From Catajapyx aquilonaris (Eukaryota): DNA of 40,498 nt. Below, one piece after another: positions 35,504 through 40,498 of the stretch. The stretch spans positions 1 to 40,498 of the forward strand of contig JYFJ02003533.1 in assembly GCA_000934665.2 (NCBI GenBank), in the 5' to 3' direction. Each line of letters begins with the position of its first letter. Positions within the stretch are counted from its first letter, which is position 1. The position numbers were made by a program, and so were the translations under genes. Under the pieces are notes generated by a model. It was not told the origin of the DNA and ran no database searches. It saw only the letters and a list, made by a program, of their open reading frames with translations.

Positions 35504-36574
35504 TCATTTGATTGTATTTTAAGTTAATGAAACCTATCAATCCATCACATTGGTTTACCTTTTATTAAGCAGGCCTCTTTTCCTGATTTATTGTTTTTCA
35601 GAGGTAAGATGTACGAAAAATGCATGCTGACAGCTTGTTAAATGACAGTAGTGCATTTAAGATTTGCACCTGAACTGCTTTACAAATCTATGATAGGTTG
35701 GGCCATGCATTTTCCCATGACAAGCTCAAAAGTGGAAGTGTTGCAACCCCTGTAATACGTAATCGTCTTTGGTATTATTTCCTTATGTATTTTTCATTTA
35801 TATATGAAGAGTGTCTGGTGGTTCCCTATGACCGATTATGTCATAAGCCTAGGAAAACGCCAGGAGTCTTGCCAGAGACTAAGAAACAGCACCCTACTGG
35901 CAGTATAGGAGACTTGATGACTGAAAAATTAGCAGGCTGTAGGTATGAAGATTTCAGTAAGGAAATTCAGCATTTATTCTTTGACTCTTGGGTACATAGG
36001 ACTCAACAAAGGAACGCTCACTTATAAAAGTACTTGGCCCCAGAAATGAAAAGGAAAAAAAAATATAAACTGTATGGTATACCAAAGAAAATGTATAAAT
36101 GAAAGCACCAGTAGTTATACAAGGCAGAAAAAATGGAACAAGTTATATGATTCAATGGAAGAAAAACAGGAGGGAAAATCTATATCACATGGATGCATAC
36201 GCATGAGCCAGGACATTCCAAGAAAATGCCAAACCTGACATGTCACGCTTTGATTTGACACCAAAAAAATAATTAAGGCAAGTGTTAATTGACGTAATCA
36301 TGCCAGTCAAGATGCAGCTGGAATTTGTCAGGGAAATTATTTTCTTTAACGCCCAAAGGAAATTGGCTTGTGAAACACTGCCAAGATGCCTTTCACCAGT
36401 GCATGAGGTTACTGGCTATCTTAACAAATGTAATTTTTGTAAATAATAATTAGATTATGGCAAATTCATAATTGATGTCACCAACTTCAATTGAACCTGC
36501 AAAACATGAATTAATCCTGCTGTTAGGCAATTCCTCAGAATTTTCTGACCCATGACAAAACAGCTCACACTTTG

Positions 36575-39098
36575 TCACTCAGAATGTGCCTTTGGCCGTG
36601 ATTTATATGCAGGCCAACGACATACAGGGCAGTGGTGGTTTTTTCCTCCTCCTAGCCAGACTTTGACACAGGCATCATGATATACATGTCCACAAGGGAG
36701 TCCACACAGCAGCACCCCTCTCCTGTATTTCTCCAGACAAACGGCACATTCACTCCCTTGCAACATGCAAGAGTGTGGTTCGTCTTCCTCCTCATCTTCA
36801 TCTTCCTGACATGGTGACTCTGACGATGACCCAGGAGATGACTCACTCCCCTCAGGTGGATCCCGCTTGTGCCTCCAGGTGGGTAGATCCTTCACATAGT
36901 CAGTATTGACAACAGGCTGCAGCCACAAGTTTGGAACAGCCAAATGCTCAATCAGCATCTCAAGACCTTCTTCAAGATCCAGCTGAGGTGACACCTGTTA
37001 CATAAGACAGTTGGACAAAACTGTTAGTTGTAAGTTGCTCACATACTGTAGTATTTATAGTCTGATATCATCAGTGTCACTGTAATTGGTTCTGACGTGA
37101 GAACAGAGACTTCAGTCCTGAATACATTTCATATCTACAATGCAATATTGCAGTTACACAAAATGACATGGCATAACAGCAATATTTTTGCTACATCATC
37201 ATACAAAAAACAAAATTGATCGTAAGTTATTTCCGTGTATGGTAGTCTGCACCTATACAACATCTGTGCATGACAGTGTATGCATTCATCTGTCAATGTA
37301 ACTCTGGTGGTTACATTCCACCATACACATATCATGCAATATTCACCTATGATTGAAGTGTGGGTTGGTGTAAATTGGGGGGGGGGGGAAATCAAATTAA
37401 AACCCCCACAAAAAATCAATCACCTGTCTGCTAAGACTTGTTGGCACCACAGGTCGGAAGAGACATCCGGCCAGGAGTGACTCGCCCTCTGCAAACAAAT
37501 CCCACCAAGGTGGTTCTGCTGCAGATTGCATGAAAAGTGGCCTCCTCCTCTGTAGAAGTTGCCAGAGAAATGCAGCACCAATGCAGTGTGCCGCAAAGGC
37601 CAAAGCAGACAGCATTGGATGTGAGGTGGCCCTGAGAAAGACAACCCTGAGAAAGGAGGCAGGAGCAGTGACTCCAAAGGTCAAGGCTAAGGATGAGAGA
37701 GAGTCCAAAGCCCACACTACAGGGCCAAAGGTAGATGCTCCGCACAGCAAGAGCCATGCCAGAAAAAGCCAAAAGTTGTAGGCAACTAAAAGTCCCACGC
37801 AGCGGATCAGGTGATGGGGCCACCATCTGCAGAACAAATGAAAACCCAATGAAAGTAATGAAATGGCCACATCCTCATCAAGTGTGAGGCAATATGCTCT
37901 CATCCAATCGTGGCTCAAACACTTGTACCAAAACTTTAACATACCTGGAAGATCTGGAGGCAAGGTCTGGAAAGAATATTTCGACCCAAGCAAGAACGTT
38001 GACTAGAAGCAAGGAGGCCAGGAAGACATCATTGGCCTCTGGTTGCAAGGTCGCCAAAAACAAACTTGCTGCACTCAATGTCAGCAACTCTCCAGCTCTC
38101 TTTCCATACAGAATCCGAGCTCCTGGAGTCACCACAACGTAGGCTGGCAATCGCTCAACACCAACTTGTTTTTTAACATTCTCCTCGTCCTCATCAGAGG
38201 TTACACTGAATATACCAAATTTAACTCGCCCTGTAAACTTTATACTGAGAGCAGCCAAAAACAGAGGTGGGTGCAGGAGATGGGTCAAAAGAAGCACATG
38301 AACTTGAACTGGTCCATTGTCACTTTTAGTCCTGTTAAGTTGAGGCCTAACTGTGAGCCAATTAGAGAGGTCTTCTTTTTGGGAGACCTTTTTGACACGG
38401 ACTGACATGTGATCCCTCACCCATTCAATTACAGATTGGGCTCGTGAAGAAGTGAAGCTGGTCAGCACCACGTGGTCCTTTGCCCTAGTCCCACGTGGAA
38501 GGGCCAGAACTAGCTGAGAGTTATGCCAGCCCTTTCTCCTGCATAACCTAACAGACAAAGAAAAATAGTTCATATGCTATTAGACTCTGATTGCACACTA
38601 ATTTACACAAAAGGCAATAAGTTTCTAAATTAGTCATAAACTGGCACGTTAGTGGAATGACAGAATGTACACAAACTAATTTTGATGTGTGAGACATCTC
38701 AGTAGAAACTCTACCATTATGTCTTCCTTTCTCTTTGTTGATGAGTTCAACGGAAACTGAAATATTCAAGGAGGAGCTCCACACCGGTCTATGGCAAGAA
38801 CTTAACACACAAAGTATTTCAACAAACCTGGGATCTAGGTCACAGTGGAAGACTCCTGTGCGCACAGCCAAGGGTGCCAGTGCCCCAACAACCCTCCTCC
38901 AAGAAAGGTCATCCAAGAGAGGTTCCATCTGTGTTCCTACTACCTGGACCAACCAGACCGAGTCCTTGCAGTCTTCCACCTCCTCCCACAAGTGGGGTCC
39001 ACTGGTAAAGTGGAATGGTGAGGGAGCTCCCAGTACCTTCTGCCGGCCCTCCTGAGAAGATGCCTCAGCTGTGGTAGCTTCTTCCAGGGTTACATCAC
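36575..39098 (-). CDS. RNF103: E3 ubiquitin ligase RNF103 (Kf-1), 5'-partial; first exon lies outside the window
   Basis: Exons (-) 39098-38828, 38547-37945, 37826-37424, 36994-36575, GT-AG and phase-consistent. Motifs EEVEDCKDSVWLVQV, RTGVFHCDLDPRLCRRKGW, PPLFLAALSIKFTGRVKF, QPEANDVFLASLLLVN, LIEHLAVPNLWL, and RING-H2 CAVC...LPCGHVYHDAC...W......HHCPVCRWP. Confidence 0.95.
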
Positions 39099-39401
39099 CT
39101 AAATTCCAGTTTAAAAGTTCAAATTATTAGCAGTTACGAAAGGACCATTACAATACTCTTAGTAAAATGTACATTGATATTATCATGCATGCAAGATTAT
39201 CAATACCCAAGCACAGCTTGGTCACAACCGTTGACACTATCGGCCCAGAAACAGGATTCAAAATAAATTGGGCTAACCAAGTAACTTCCTATTTAAATGG
39301 ACAAAGAATATTGTTTATGCTGATTTCAGAGATTCAATAGCAATAAGTCACATGATTGAAGGAATTATTGATTGGAAATGACGTGGTGACCTTTCTAGAT
39401 T

Positions 39402-39417
39402 ATATAATTATAATAAT

Positions 39418-39451
<34 letters not shown>

Positions 39452-39460
39452 TATATATAT
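39402..39460. repeat. (ATA)n/(AT)n microsatellite, the 3' tail of the adjacent SINE
   Basis: Directly visible. Confidence 0.9.
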
Positions 39461-39784
39461 TTTTTTTGCATTACCCCCTATCTACACATATATGGGGGGT
39501 GGATTACCACCATCGGGATTATTTTTGGAGCGAGTCAAGATTTAATCTTGTTAGTATGCTCCAAGGTAATTAGGAGGGGATGTGCAAAGTGCGTGTGCGC
39601 TGTCGAGTAGTGGTCATTTTGTGAACTCCCCCGGGTGGCTTAGTCTATCGGAAATTGCCACCCAAAACGAAGCCAGAGATGGCCCAACTCTGCACGAAAG
39701 AAGGTGGGAACCCCGGGTGGGGATTGAACCCGGGACCTTAACTTCCGTGGGCGCGCGCGTTACCGCAGCGCCACTCCGTCTCCC
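39418..39784 (-). mobile_element. tRNA-derived SINE 1, family unassigned
   Basis: Minus-strand head GGGAGACGGAGTGGCGCTGCGGTAACGCG...GGTCCCGGGTTCAATCCCC (A and B boxes), A8 plus (TA)/(TTA)n tail, and TATAATTATAATAAT on both flanks as a candidate low-complexity TSD. Confidence 0.8.
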
Positions 39785-39844
39785 TATAATTATAATAATG
39801 GATACCCTGTGATAGGTCTCCTTGGGCCTCTTATGGGATCATCT

Positions 39845-40025
39845 TTTAAATACCCGTCTTTAACCATTGCCTGTGATGGATTTTGATAGTGGGAGGAAAT
39901 GGGAGAACCCCAAGAAAACCCAAGCGAACACGGAGAGAACCCATCGAAACTCTATCCACATAAGTATCCTCTGTCAGACCCGGGGATTGAACTCGGGCGC
40001 TAACCACTCCGCCACCGTGTCGCCC
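39845..40025 (-). mobile_element. tRNA-derived SINE 2 with a V-domain-like core
   Basis: Head GGGCGACACGGTGGCGGAGTGGTTAGCGC and B box GAGTTCAATCCC with the anticodon arm deleted. Core GTTCTCTCCGTGTTCGCTTGGGTTTTCTTGGGGTTCTCCCATTTCCTCCCAC resembles the V-SINE domain. Confidence 0.78.
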
Positions 40026-40051
40026 TATTATATTATAAAATGTGAGTATAT

Positions 40052-40323
40052 TCATACCCCGCTATCAGACATCGGCTCTTTAGGGGGGAAGTTTGTTTTG
40101 CCTGGAACTCTTTGCTTTTCACTTTACTGTGCTCTTTGGGATAGGGCAGGGACAGAAGGAAGCGGCTGTGGCCTATTAATTACGGAAGCAACTCCGGAAT
40201 TTCCCTGGAAGAACCGTGGAAAACCACAGAAAACCACGGTCAGAGTTGCTGGCCCTGGGATTCGAACCCAGGACCTCCCGATTAGCAGTCGGACGCCTTA
40301 TCCACTATGCCAACCTGCTTCGG
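40052..40323 (-). mobile_element. Full-length tRNA-derived SINE 3 with a Deu/Nin-domain-like core and a 16 bp TSD
   Basis: Head TGGCATAGTGGATAAGGCG...GGTCCTGGGTTCGAATCCC and core GGTTTTCTGTGGTTTTCC...CCAGGGAAATTCCGG...AGGCCACAGCCGCTTCCTT. Perfect direct repeat TAAAATGTGAGTATAT at 40036-40051 and 40324-40339. Confidence 0.88.
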
Positions 40324-40498
40324 TAAAATGTGAGTATATAAATATTGTGACAATCTATACCTTACCCCTGTTCCATCACCATGACTGCATTTACATGGGA
40401 CTAAAAATCGGCCGAGCTCTGCCGTCTCAAGGAGAAACATCCTAACTGCAAAACTAGTAAGGATGAAGGTCACGTGCATCCCCTGCACTAATCCCCCC

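Noticed and set aside
37827..37944. Apparent frameshift between two RNF103 ORFs
   Set aside because: Resolved by a 118 nt GT-AG intron with matching phase.
39720..40323. tRNA genes
   Set aside because: A/B boxes are present but there is no complete acceptor stem, and the heads run into SINE bodies with tails and TSDs.
1..40498. CRISPR arrays, operons or other prokaryotic systems
   Set aside because: No regularly spaced repeats; all genes are spliceosomal-intron eukaryotic genes.

Overview
Eukaryotic, intron-containing animal genomic DNA, probably from an arthropod or other protostome (inferred from the VMAT C-terminus, 60-90 nt introns and SINE types). Five spliced genes can be reconstructed by hand: (1) a 3' TM2 exon of a DEG/ENaC channel (+); (2) a 10-coding-exon vesicular monoamine transporter, SLC18A/VMAT (+, about 519 aa), preceded by about 13 kb of homeodomain/CRE-rich non-coding DNA; (3) a 3-exon HS2ST/UST/pipe-like 2-O-sulfotransferase whose PAPS-binding loop is degenerate (+); (4) LYAR (+); (5) the 3' four coding exons of RNF103 (-), tail-to-tail with LYAR. 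Non-coding content includes five foldback/MITE elements, three stacked tRNA-derived SINEs of different families, a decayed hammerhead core, microsatellites, and several G-U-rich RNA-like hairpins in the LYAR upstream intron. Most entries in the supplied ORF track are noise. No wholly new multi-gene system is demonstrable from the sequence alone. The best leads are the probable pseudo-sulfotransferase, the structured RNA candidates and dsRNA load in LYAR, and the VMAT isoform/uORF architecture. All alignments were done by eye against remembered family motifs.
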